Below are positions 49,907 to 60,096 of a DNA stretch of 64,000 nt, piece after piece. Each line of letters begins with the position of its first letter. The first letter of the stretch is position 1. Both the position numbers and the translations under genes were made by a program. The stretch comes from Psammoneis japonica (Eukaryota), in the NCBI GenBank assembly GCA_008632985.1, contig QPGO01000090.1, forward strand, positions 248,001-312,000, given 5' to 3'. The notes beneath the pieces were generated by a model. The model saw nothing but the letters and a program-made list of their open reading frames with translations. It was not told the DNA's origin and ran no database searches.

Positions 49907-50815
49907 TTCTGGTTGGGAAGCGAAGGCAGACTCAAAACTTGGGTGAGAATGGACTTGACTTGAAACAGACTTGACTTGAAATCTTGAACTATCTTAAAAT
50001 CAGAAGTCGCCGGGCTTTGTTGTCCCGTTCGTTGTCAAGTGCTAAACTTCCCATCCGGTCCGTAGAGTTGTGCCGGCACGTCCGAACCCGCAGCCAGCGG
50101 CGCTTTGGGTTGCTTGCGAGCGGAGCAGCGGGTTGTAAACCCCTGCAGGCAAGCTGACTAGAGGTGGACAAGACCCCCGAACTGTTCTTGTTTTATGTCG
50201 GTTGGATTTCCCGATCAGGCTGGCCAGTTGACGCAGGCGTTGGGCGCTGTGGACGAACGAACAAACGCGGGAAAGCACCCTCGCCCCAACGCAGGCTGTG
50301 ATCACGGCTGCTTGCTCTCACAGTCGTCCTCGTGGACCTAGTAGAACTGTAGAGCACCAGTAGTCCGGGGTAGATCAGGTACAATGGACTCGGTGTGCTT
50401 GTAGAGTGGTGGCAAAACCGCAGTCCGAAGGGTGGGTACAGGTTCTTGGCCGTGAAGATATGTATATATATATATGTCTTCAGCGACGAAGATCCTTGAA
50501 TATGTAGGGTTCTTGACCGTTAACCGATGAATAGGTATATCAAGGGATGAGGATCAAGGATAGACTTGGATATGACCGTTGAATGTATGTCTTCAGCGAT
50601 CAAAGGCAGTATAATGAATCCAGACATCCAGCGGCAAGGAGACTTGACGGTGACGTTAACTTCCTGCCGATGCCCTGGTATTGGATGCGCGTAGACTTGC
50701 CGATGTATGTAGAATATATACGGAGGTCCACGTAGAATTGAAATAGCGTCGTTGGTAAATCAACGACGACGATGGCGGTTGCTCAATGGGTTGACAATGA
50801 GCAAGACTGTTAATC

Positions 50816-51091
50816 TGATAGAAATTGAAGGCAAATGGCAAGAATTCAAACAATAACTCCTTACTGCTGTCTAAATAGCAGATGAGTCTCCGCTCAGAGA
50901 CCGTTACAGGAGCCGAAAGACGTGTGAGTCGGTATAATCGGGCTACTGTTATTATTCTTGTGAGCCTTGTGGCTCGAAAGCAAACTACATCGCGCGTGAA
51001 CGCGCGGAACTAAAGCACACAAAACTGTGCGCGGTAAACTAAACAGCGCGCGATACTTCGCGCGCATCCAAATCCTGTTCAAATCCTGTCA
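50816..51091 (-). repeat. 5' LTR (TpA-retaining copy)
   Basis: TGATAG...CTGTCA, followed by TSD GCTGT. Confidence 0.95.
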
Positions 51092-52949
51092 GCTGTGCAC
51101 AGCCATGTGCTGAGAAAATTTGCACAGTTTTTTGGGCACCCAAGTTGTGCAGCAAGTCAACTGCTCAGCCATTGTCTCTTGCAATGGCAGCATGATGAGA
51201 GTCCACAGTGCACCACACTCCTTGTGTCAAACAATGTGGGCCCCCATGAGCTCTCTCATTTGCCGTTGTCAACTCCACATGCCTTGTTGCTCACATTTTG
51301 CACACAGGTGTCATGAATTTGAAATGGACAACATAAAAAACATTCATCAATGAGGACATTCAACAACAAAAATTCAAACAGTGGATTTTTTTAGAAAGCG
51401 GCAATGTGCTGCTTTTGCCCCCCGCCGTGCTGTGACATGCAGCACTCATTTGCCCTGCCGTTTTCACCAAGATCTCCATTGACCTGCTTGCTGATGCTTG
51501 CAAATTGGGTTTGTGTGTCAAACAATGGAAAGCCACTGTCTCTTGGAGTCACTTTGCAAAGTTTGCCCCTGCAACAAGAGGACAGACTGGCTGGAAGAAG
51601 AGACATGGACCGATTTTCACTTGCAAATTGAAAGTGTTGTCACCACACCAGCACAATGTGCAAAACAGAACGTTGGGAATGGCACATGTCATGTGCAAAC
51701 ATGCAGTCAATGTCCACATGACAGGCATGTAAAATGACTGCACATGACTCTTTGTGCAGAATTTGTGCCAGCTGCTGGTGCATGCTTGGGGCTGGATGAA
51801 ATGAGATCCAACAACGGCACTCCATGTCAAGTGAGTTTGAATGTCAGAGCTGCCAAAATTGACCAAAACACCAGCCACGTCTTTTGACAAAACATGCAAA
51901 CATGGATGTGGTTCATGAAGCAGTCAGAGTTGAAAAGCAACACCAAATTTAAAATGTTGACTTGGCCAGGAAAATTTTTCAAATCTTTTGACATTGTGCT
52001 TGCAAGTGGCAAGCATCGACTTTTGACTTGGAGCTGTGCAGGTCATCAGTGAAGCAGGGCCTGCATCTGAAAGATGGCCCAGTCATTTGCCAAAAACCAC
52101 TGTCATCAGGTGCCATTGTGTGAAAATTGCAAAACTGGTGTTTGGGATGTTTTTGGCAGCTCACACTGTGCCAGCCGCACAGCTCCACAATTGTTTGACT
52201 TTTCTGCGCCCACGAAGAGCAAAATGCTCAACTGTGAAAAGTGCCAAAATGAACAATGAAGCTCTCTGTTAAAACAAAGTTGGGCTTTTTCAACCCCTGC
52301 AATTTTGACCAATTGCGCTGCTTTCTCTTGGACAAATTTTGCACTTGTGGCTCAGGCAGCTGCGAAGAGATCCATGCTGCGCAGAAATTTGCACAGCACA
52401 TCTGAAAGGGCAAGGGCAGTGGCATGCAAGAAAGTTGTGGACAGATGACAGCTTGCTGGGGGCACATGCAGAAACCATGCAAAAGTGACTTTTGGCAACA
52501 ATTTTGGGCATCTTGTTGGCCCTGGTGTTGTTCAAACTTGTTGGTTGCACACCAGTGTGTTGTCATTCTGCTGCATGCATCGCTTCAAGAGTGTTTGAGC
52601 TGAACATCTCCTGTGGGCCAAAATGAGGTGTGAGCTGAGTCATTTTTCTGAAGTTGGTGACAAAGAGGAACATTGACATTTTGCCACTCAACTGGAACAA
52701 CAGGTTTGCATCAAGAAGAAAAGTGGCGCCAAATGCAAAAATGGTTGCGGAACTTGCAATTGTGGTGCATGAGTTAAAAAGAGAAAATGCCAGAACAAGA
52801 CATTTTGTCTGGCATTGGTGTGGAAAAAATCAAAGAGCACATCCTTGGCATCTTCCTTTCACACAAGTCTTTGCCCTGCTTCATCTCAACAGAGGCTCCA
52901 GCCAGCAGAGCAAGATTTTTGACAATGTGGGCAAGAAATGTTGTTTGCC

Positions 52950-53790
52950 GGCCCCTGGCCAGAAATGTTTCTCACCACTCACCGGAGGTGTCCTTTGCCG
53001 CTGCTGGCCAGAAACATTTCTTGCTGCCAGCAGCCAAAAAGGTTTCCCACCACTCCCAAGACATGTTTTTAACCACTGGCTGGAAACTTTTTTGCGGCTG
53101 GCCAGCAGCATTTCTCACCACTTGCCAGAAATTTTTTCACTGCCAGCCAGGAAAGTTTCTTGCCGCTTGCTGGTGGACATTTCTTTGCCACTCTGAAAAT
53201 GTTGCCAAACTTGCCAAAAGTTGCCAAAGCCACCAAAGCTGATGACTGATGAAGTCACCAAAGTTGACACAGGTGACAAAGTTGACACAGGTGAGAAAGT
53301 TGGCAAAGCTGACAAACACTCCAAGCTTGCCAAAGCTGAAAAAGTTGCCAATTTTGCCAAAGTTGACAAAGTTGCCACAAATCTGACAAAGTCGCCAAAA
53401 TTTCCAAACTTGACAAAGTCAACAAACTTGCCAAAGTTGACAAGGATGACAAGAAAGCTGACAAACTTGCTGAAAGTTGCCAAAGCTGCCAAAGTTGACA
53501 AAATCACTGAAGCTGACAAACTCACCACTCTCGCCAAAGCTGACAAGCCAAAAGTGTTGTTTGCCATTGCCTGAAACATTTCTTGCCACCCACCAGAAAT
53601 GTTTTTTGCCACTGACCAGAAGCAAGCATTTGATGCCATTTCTTGCTAGAAACATTTCTCGATGCTTGCCAGAAATGCTTTTTGCATCACCGGCCAGAAA
53701 TGTTTCTTGCCGCCACTCGCCAGAAATGTTTTTCAATGTTTCTTGCCACTGGCCAGAAATGCTTTTTGCCAGTGGCCAGAAATCCTTGTT
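52950..53790 (+). repeat. Composite minisatellite: ~23-bp units flanking a ~9-bp unit array
   Basis: CCAGAAATGTTTCTTGCC-like units at ~52960-53190 and ~53570-53790; GCCAAAGTT/GACAAAGTT units at ~53200-53550. Confidence 0.8.
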
Positions 53791-55169
53791 GCCACCTCGT
53801 GCTTCAAAGTTTGCACCCAGCGCTGACATCACACGGGCAAAATTGCACCATCTGCTGCAGCGCAGTGCAACAAGAAGCTTGAGTGGCAGAGAGCTCACTT
53901 TGTGCCAGCCGCTGGACAAATGTTTGCAGCATTGGGCCAACAACTCTTGCCAAAGCCACTGCAGAAAAACCAGTTTTTGCCTCCTGCACCAAGCAGCAAG
54001 CTGATGGGTTCCAGTCCTGGGTGGGACTCCGTGTGACATTGGGCCCGCAGAATTCTGCGTGCGAGCTCCGCAGTGCAAGAGCTCAATTGATGGATGTGTT
54101 TGTCTTCAACATCAAATGAACGGCCAAGTTTGTGGTGCAATCGTGCCTGTTGCCACTCAACGTTTTTGCAAATGCGCGTGCCCTGCGCAATTCTTGAGGC
54201 ATTGTAGAATTGCGCTGCAACAAAAAATGTCAAAAGTTGTTGGACGGATCGCTCAACAAGTGCACCGTAAAATGACACAAAATGTCAAAAAAATCATGTG
54301 GAAATCTGCGTGCGTGACATGCGACATGATTGAAAAAACTGTCGATGTCACAGCTCAGTGGTGCAAGGTCCCACCCAGACCTGACTGGAACGCATCAGCT
54401 GCAAGCATGACAACCCACTGCCTGACCAAGTCAAGCCCACCCTGGTGCAGATCATGTGTCAAGCCATGGCTGCAGCCTTTTGCAATGATGACAGCAGCCA
54501 AACTGTTGCCAGCATGGTTGCCCTCACGCTCTTCTGTCTGCTTCTCCATCTTTTTGAAAACATGTTGGGGTGCTCCTTCAAACATGTGCCCAGCCTGCCT
54601 TGATGACGTCGAACTCTGGGTTTAGCCAACATTGTTGCAATGCATTTGCCACCTCATCTGGTGACTTGGCTCATGTCTTGTTTGCTGCTCTGGCCTTCAG
54701 CACCCAAAAAAGGGGCACAAGGGGGTCAATTTTGTCAGGTTGGCATGCAGCAGTGACCCAACAACACCATGCCCGCCCCCCCTGGCAATGGCCTGCTGTG
54801 CACACCACCTCCAAGCACATGGCACAACTTGCGCCACACATCCAGGGCCATCTTCTGCAAATGTGGTTGCTGCCATTTGGTCAAGCCACCTGATGTTGCC
54901 TGATGTTGCAGCTGCCTTGTTGGCCTCCACAGCCATGGCCAACCCACCAGCTGGCTTTTCACCTTGTGGTGATGTTGGCGCTCAACACTTGTGAGCTTCA
55001 GGAATGATGGCCCTCCTGTGTGCACAAGTGGGCAGTGTAACATCATCCACCCATCTGCACAACTTCTCATGCCACATGGTGAGTGGAGGGGCCTTCACCC
55101 TGCTCCCCACCAGCCAGAATCTCCCTCCCAACAATGCTGGCGACACACTTCCAGCCACCTCCAGTCAGT

Positions 55170-55650
55170 GGCATGCCTGCCTGTCCTGCACACACAGGCA
55201 AAACAGGTGGGTGGCACGCGCCACTGTGAATCTTTGATTGCCACCAATGCTGCCCCCTGGTGTGATGATGCAATCTGGTTGAAGCAGTGTGAGCAGCTGT
55301 GAGCTGGGCAGCAGAATTGGGAGAGAAACCAGATCTTGCAGACTGAAGAGACCTGGAGCCAAGTCAGGATCACCTTCAGTGTAACCAGCAAAGATTGCAC
55401 TGCCATCATTGGCAAACACATGCACCATGAAATTGCTGATTGCTTGATTGACAATGCATCACTTTGTTGCAATGAGACTAAGATGACTTGACTGTGAGGA
55501 CCAGGCAAGCCAGTGCAGTTTGTAAGTGCCCACCCACAGCCGCCTGGTGTGCCTGCCTGTCCTGCGCACAAAGGCAGCACAGGTGGCTGGGTGGTGCATG
55601 CCACTGTAAATCTTCAATTGCCACCAATGCCAGCTGGTGCAATGATGCCC
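55170..55650 (+). repeat. Two ~100-bp direct repeats (~55170-55270 and ~55550-55650)
   Basis: GCCTGCCTGTCCTGC...GCCACTGT...TTGCCACCAATGC in both. Confidence 0.75.
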
Positions 55651-55845
55651 TCTTCTTCCATCTGTGCCCCCCCTGTTTTCCTTCTTACTTCCACTGGTGG
55701 CTTGGATTCTTGTCCCAAAGGACAGGTGGAGCAAGACTTGATGACGAGTTTTGAGATCTGAGAGCTGGAAGCAGCTTCTAGCTAGCACCTGCATGGTGTT
55801 CAAGGAAAATCAGGAGAACTTTGAAATTTAGACAACATGTTCAAC

Positions 55846-58233
55846 TTATGACTTGATTGCGTGATGTGCAAATTGCCCCAACTTGTACCTGTCGTATTGA
55901 GCATATAGCTCCTTGTCCCGCTCTGTTGACCCATGGGCTTCTAGTCGTAACCTCAATGTTTGCTCAGTAATGGAAGAGGGAAAACTTGGTACGTGCACAG
56001 AACTTTCTGCACAAATCAACTCCTCCACAATTAACAAGTCCACCTGCTCTTGTAACTCGCCGTCATTTCCCACTGCACTGGTCGCCAAAGTTGTTGTTTT
56101 GATGAGCTCGGAAGCAAGAAAGTCCTCAATCATGAACACAGGGGTCGACAAGTTATCCAAACCCATGACTGTGTCCCGGACCCACAGAGGGTCGTTTGTC
56201 GAAACGAAGATGGCATCAAAATTGATAGCACATATGGGAAACTCGTCATCGATGCCACCACTGGAAGTGCATTGCAAGTGATGGAATAGACGTTCCCAGG
56301 TGAGAGTATCGTGGCTGAGGTTCGAAGGTTTTGCGGATGTTGAGCAGCCAAACGACTTTTCGCCTTTGATGAAGAACTCATAGGGGTACAGACTACCCGT
56401 GCTGGTACAGCTGACCATTGGCCATGTCACACGATCTCCCCGACGCACGTGCAACGTAACAGGCGCAGATCCTCGTCAGTCTCCAATACTTGTTGTCGAA
56501 TCGACAACAGCACCTTGTCCTTCAAGTCGTAAAAATCTCGATGGAAAGGAAAGAAGATACGGTCGCCGTGTGGAAAATACTGGGGAGGAGTAGCAATGTG
56601 CACGGCACCCCAGTCACAATGAACTTGAATAGAATGGTCATTTGGATACGGGTCAACTGCCAGTTTGTTCTTCGGGTTAGGTTTATGCTGGTACGGGACT
56701 CTATTTCGTGGAGTGCCCGGATGACAACCAGGCTCTCCGTGGATGCAGAATTGTAGACGAGACCTGGCTCGATCGACGTCGTAAGAATTTCAAAGGCCAT
56801 GTGATTCTTTTCGTGTTTCGAACCGGTGTATCCATCGCGCGGTACGACCAAGGTTCGATTGTACTGGACTGCCAGATTGCTTGAATCTGAAGACAGATCA
56901 TTTGGTTGGTGAGTCCGCCATGGGAGGGTTTAATGACTAGCCACCGATCGTTCCCCGCGATCTCGGGCGGCTTTTCCGTTGTGGGATGTATCTCTAGTTG
57001 GTCTACCTGTGGACGTGAGGCCGTCGACGACGTAGGCTTGTCGCGTATCATGCCCGCATCAGAAGTGCGATTTTCAGCCAACAAATCATTTGTCGTGCCC
57101 ACACACTGGTCACAGAACGCATAGTAGTCGTAGTTAGCTATCAAGTAGTCCCGCACCATTTTCTGGAGCTCTTCGTCTTTCCAGATGCATTCAGAATCCT
57201 TGTCACGTGGTTTATTCGTTGCCCGAAAGAAGTAGTCAGCTTGAATCCTTTTTCGCTGGAGTCGTTCACCCATCCATTGTATGTACTGATCGTGCTGATG
57301 AAATTCAAAGCATTTGACATGGAAATTGTCCATTGATTCGAGCTCGGAGCTATACCGGTCTTTGGCAAAGAGACATCTTTCTATTTCTTGGTAAACCTCT
57401 TTTGGGCTGGAGCTGTCGCAACGAAAGGGTCTCTTCCCCCCATTTTTCTGATTGCAGTAGGACATGAGATGATCCACAGGGTCCCGACAGGGCACGTGAA
57501 GCTCCACAGGAAAAGGCCAGTCCTCGAAAAGTTTCCAGTTGGTCCAATCGGGGCCTTCAAAGCTGACCCAGTCGCAATCTTGGAATCCAATCTCTTTCAT
57601 TATATCGGGGTGTACCCGCCCGCGACTGTATCCCGAATTCAATTTTGTATATGAGTCTTTTGTACGATACCAGTTCTTCTCTTGTGATTTTTCGCGCTCG
57701 TTGACAAGATAGGCGTCGTAGGAGTACCCCTTATTGCCGCAGACACGTTCGTATTGCATGGCCAGTTCTCCATTGATGGATGTTCCCGCGGTTTTGGCTA
57801 TGTGCACATGACCATACAAAACTGTTGCGTCTGGGCCGGTTCTTTTTTCATTTTCGTTCGAAGACGGATGGGATGGAGCGGAGATGCGGGAAAGCCCAAT
57901 AGAAGCCAAAAGAAGCAACACGGAGGCTGTGAGTAGCCACCAGCTTCCAACATGGCAGGTAACTTGGATACTGCTGGGTCTGACTCCTGGAAGCTTTCCC
58001 CTCGTGTTTCGTGTCAGATCATCCTCCTCATTGGAAAGAAGTTTGCTCACTTCTTCTACATCAGCGTCGTCCACTTCCTGATCAACGACGTCCATGATAG
58101 AGAAGGCTTGGGCTTGTGCACTACGACGGCTCGTTAGCGATGAAATCCGTCCAAAATACCTCCCTGTATCGTACTGGGTAGACATTCTAGAGTAGAGTCG
58201 GGAAGCAGCGACCGTAACATCGCATCTATTCAT
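55846..58233 (-). CDS. Type II membrane protein: sulfotransferase-like domain followed by an O-fucosyltransferase-like domain (frameshifted or spliced)
   Basis: TM helix; HVHIAKTAGTS (PAPS-loop-like) and RDPVDHLMS; then GGLTNQ, NRTLVVP, HVRRGD, IFVSTND, EELICAES spread over frames. Confidence 0.65.
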
Positions 58234-58538
58234 ACTACTTTCCCATAAATTGTGCAGTTGGAAGTGACCTGGGAATCGCTGAAATGCGTTGGATCGCGCG
58301 CAATAATCATTGATGACGTGTCAGTCGTGCGTTGAGTTAGTTCTTCACAAATTGCGTTGTCTGCATGATCGCATGTGGGTGTGTGGTGTGTTTCGGAGGG
58401 ACCTGTTTCATTGAAGACATTGAAGATCGAAGATCGGAAGCCAAAGGTGATGGGGAAGCGACACCACGACATTGTTGATGCATTAATGGTGCGTGGGACG
58501 TGTCGAAAGCCCCGTTTCTTACAATATAATATTACAAT

Positions 58539-59606
58539 ATGCGTAGAAGTCGCATCAGCATTGTCATTGTGGCAATCACAGCCATTCTTCATGCCAGTGA
58601 TTCGTTTGTCGTGCCTTCATCGCTTCCTTGTCAAAAAACAGTGCGTTCCACAGGGTTGTCGCGTGGTTCACAAAGCGTTGGGGCGGCGATACGAAACAAT
58701 GTTGAAGTTGTAGTAGATCATTTGATCAACGCCATTGACACGACAAAAGAGAAAGAATCAGAGGGCGTAAACGGTGCTCTCGTCACGGAATTGCTGGATA
58801 GTCTGGAAGAAAATTCCACAAAAACTGACGATAGCGACCATCCCGATCGCTTTGATCCGCTCTTGGGTTTGTACGATGTGGCTCATGTTGAAAAGAAACG
58901 AGAGCGAGACAATCCTGTGGGAGGCAAATGGACTCGCAAAACTGGATTGGCACAAAAGATACTAAAAACGAGAAGAACCTTTCAACATTTGCTCGCCACC
59001 AACAGTACGGGATTGTCTAATCCCAATTTGGACGCAAGCGTTGTTGCAGAAGCAGTCAATGTGATTTCGTTGGATGCTTTGTGGGGTTTGATTCGATTGA
59101 CTATTATTCTACGAGGCGATGCCGTGCCTCTCGAGACTAGAGAACGGCTCGACAATACAATACCCCTGACCAATCTTGCCGTACGAGCGTTTTTCGATCG
59201 GCCTAGGATTGTCATTGGAAAGACTGGACGATTCGTCAACCTTAGTCTTGGGCCGACATCTAGTGTCGTGTTGGATTCTACTTATATCGACAATCGAGTT
59301 CGAATAGGCAAAGGTGGAACGTCGGGCACTCGATTTGTCTTTGTGAAATGTTCAGACGACGACCAGGAAGCTTTGGAGTTCAAATCCCTTTTGGAACGGA
59401 AACCGACACGAAAATCACGTATCCTTGCGTTTTTTGGTGCAATCACCTCCGCAAGTATCTATCGTGCGGTCAATCACCCGAGCTTTCGAGTGGCGGGAAC
59501 AGTCATTGGCACGGTCGCATCACTCTTGTGTTTGGGGCTCCTCAAGTCAACCGGGGGAATCGAAAAGGATGATGTATCCTATCGAGAAGGTGTCAGTAAC
59601 AGTTAA
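58539..59606 (+). CDS. PAP/fibrillin-like plastid lipid-associated protein with C-terminal TM helices
   Basis: Signal peptide then SFVVP; LDSTYIDNRVRIGKGG..GTRFVF C-terminal fibrillin-type motif. Confidence 0.65.
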   Translation: MRRSRISIVIVAITAILHASDSFVVPSSLPCQKTVRSTGLSRGSQSVGAAIRNNVEVVVDHLINAIDTTKEKESEGVNGALVTELLDSLEENSTKTDDSDHPDRFDPLLGLYDVAHVEKKRERDNPVGGKWTRKTGLAQKILKTRRTFQHLLATNSTGLSNPNLDASVVAEAVNVISLDALWGLIRLTIILRGDAVPLETRERLDNTIPLTNLAVRAFFDRPRIVIGKTGRFVNLSLGPTSSVVLDSTYIDNRVRIGKGGTSGTRFVFVKCSDDDQEALEFKSLLERKPTRKSRILAFFGAITSASIYRAVNHPSFRVAGTVIGTVASLLCLGLLKSTGGIEKDDVSYREGVSNS

Positions 59607-60096
59607 TATCTGAGTTTGACTGAGCAAGTGTGGAACTCTTCCACCGTTCCCGTTGCTCTAACTTCGCCTTCGTCCAACTGCGGACCTGTAGAGCAGAGGA
59701 AGACACACTCCCTCTACAGTAGAGGCCTACATAAAGAAGTAACTAGCTAGCGACCCCTAGAGTAATCTCGATAAATGGCCTGTTGAATATCCCAATTCCT
59801 ACTACAGTAGTGAAATCGTGTTACAGGCGGAATGAATATCCTCCCACTTCCTCTCTTATTAGTTGTTGGCATCAGATTGCACGCTTCGCTGAGCGACTAT
59901 GTACCGTACGGTAGATGAGACCGCAAACGCACTGGCGATCAGACCGCCTCACCGCAATCACCAACTAACTAACTCTCATTGGTTTGTGTCAGTCGAGTCG
60001 CTGAACACTAAACACTGAACAGGCATCTTCGAGACGCTGCTGTAGTTATTGAACGTACTTTTCGGCAAGAAAGCAACACGCTCGTTGTGGATTATA

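Larger units (their letters stand above)
44241..51091 (-). mobile_element. Ty1/copia (CoDi-like) LTR retrotransposon with both LTRs and TSD, defective
   Basis: Two 276-bp LTRs (TG...CA), 5-bp TSD GCTGT (44236-44240, 51092-51096), gag-PR-IN-RT-RNaseH order, purine tract next to the 3' LTR. Confidence 0.96.
51092..55830. other. TpA- and CpG-depleted hypermutated domain (older target sequence of the copia insertion; also 43890-44240)
   Basis: Abrupt loss of TA and most CG immediately after the 5' LTR/TSD. Confidence 0.88.

Noticed and set aside
52950..53790. CRISPR-like array
   Set aside because: Units are degenerate and contiguous with no unique spacers, no cas genes, and the context is eukaryotic.
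27690..55830. Classical RIP or CpG deamination alone as the explanation
   Set aside because: These create or ignore TpA. Here TpA is lost, conserved Tyr became Cys/His, and LTR CpGs are unchanged.
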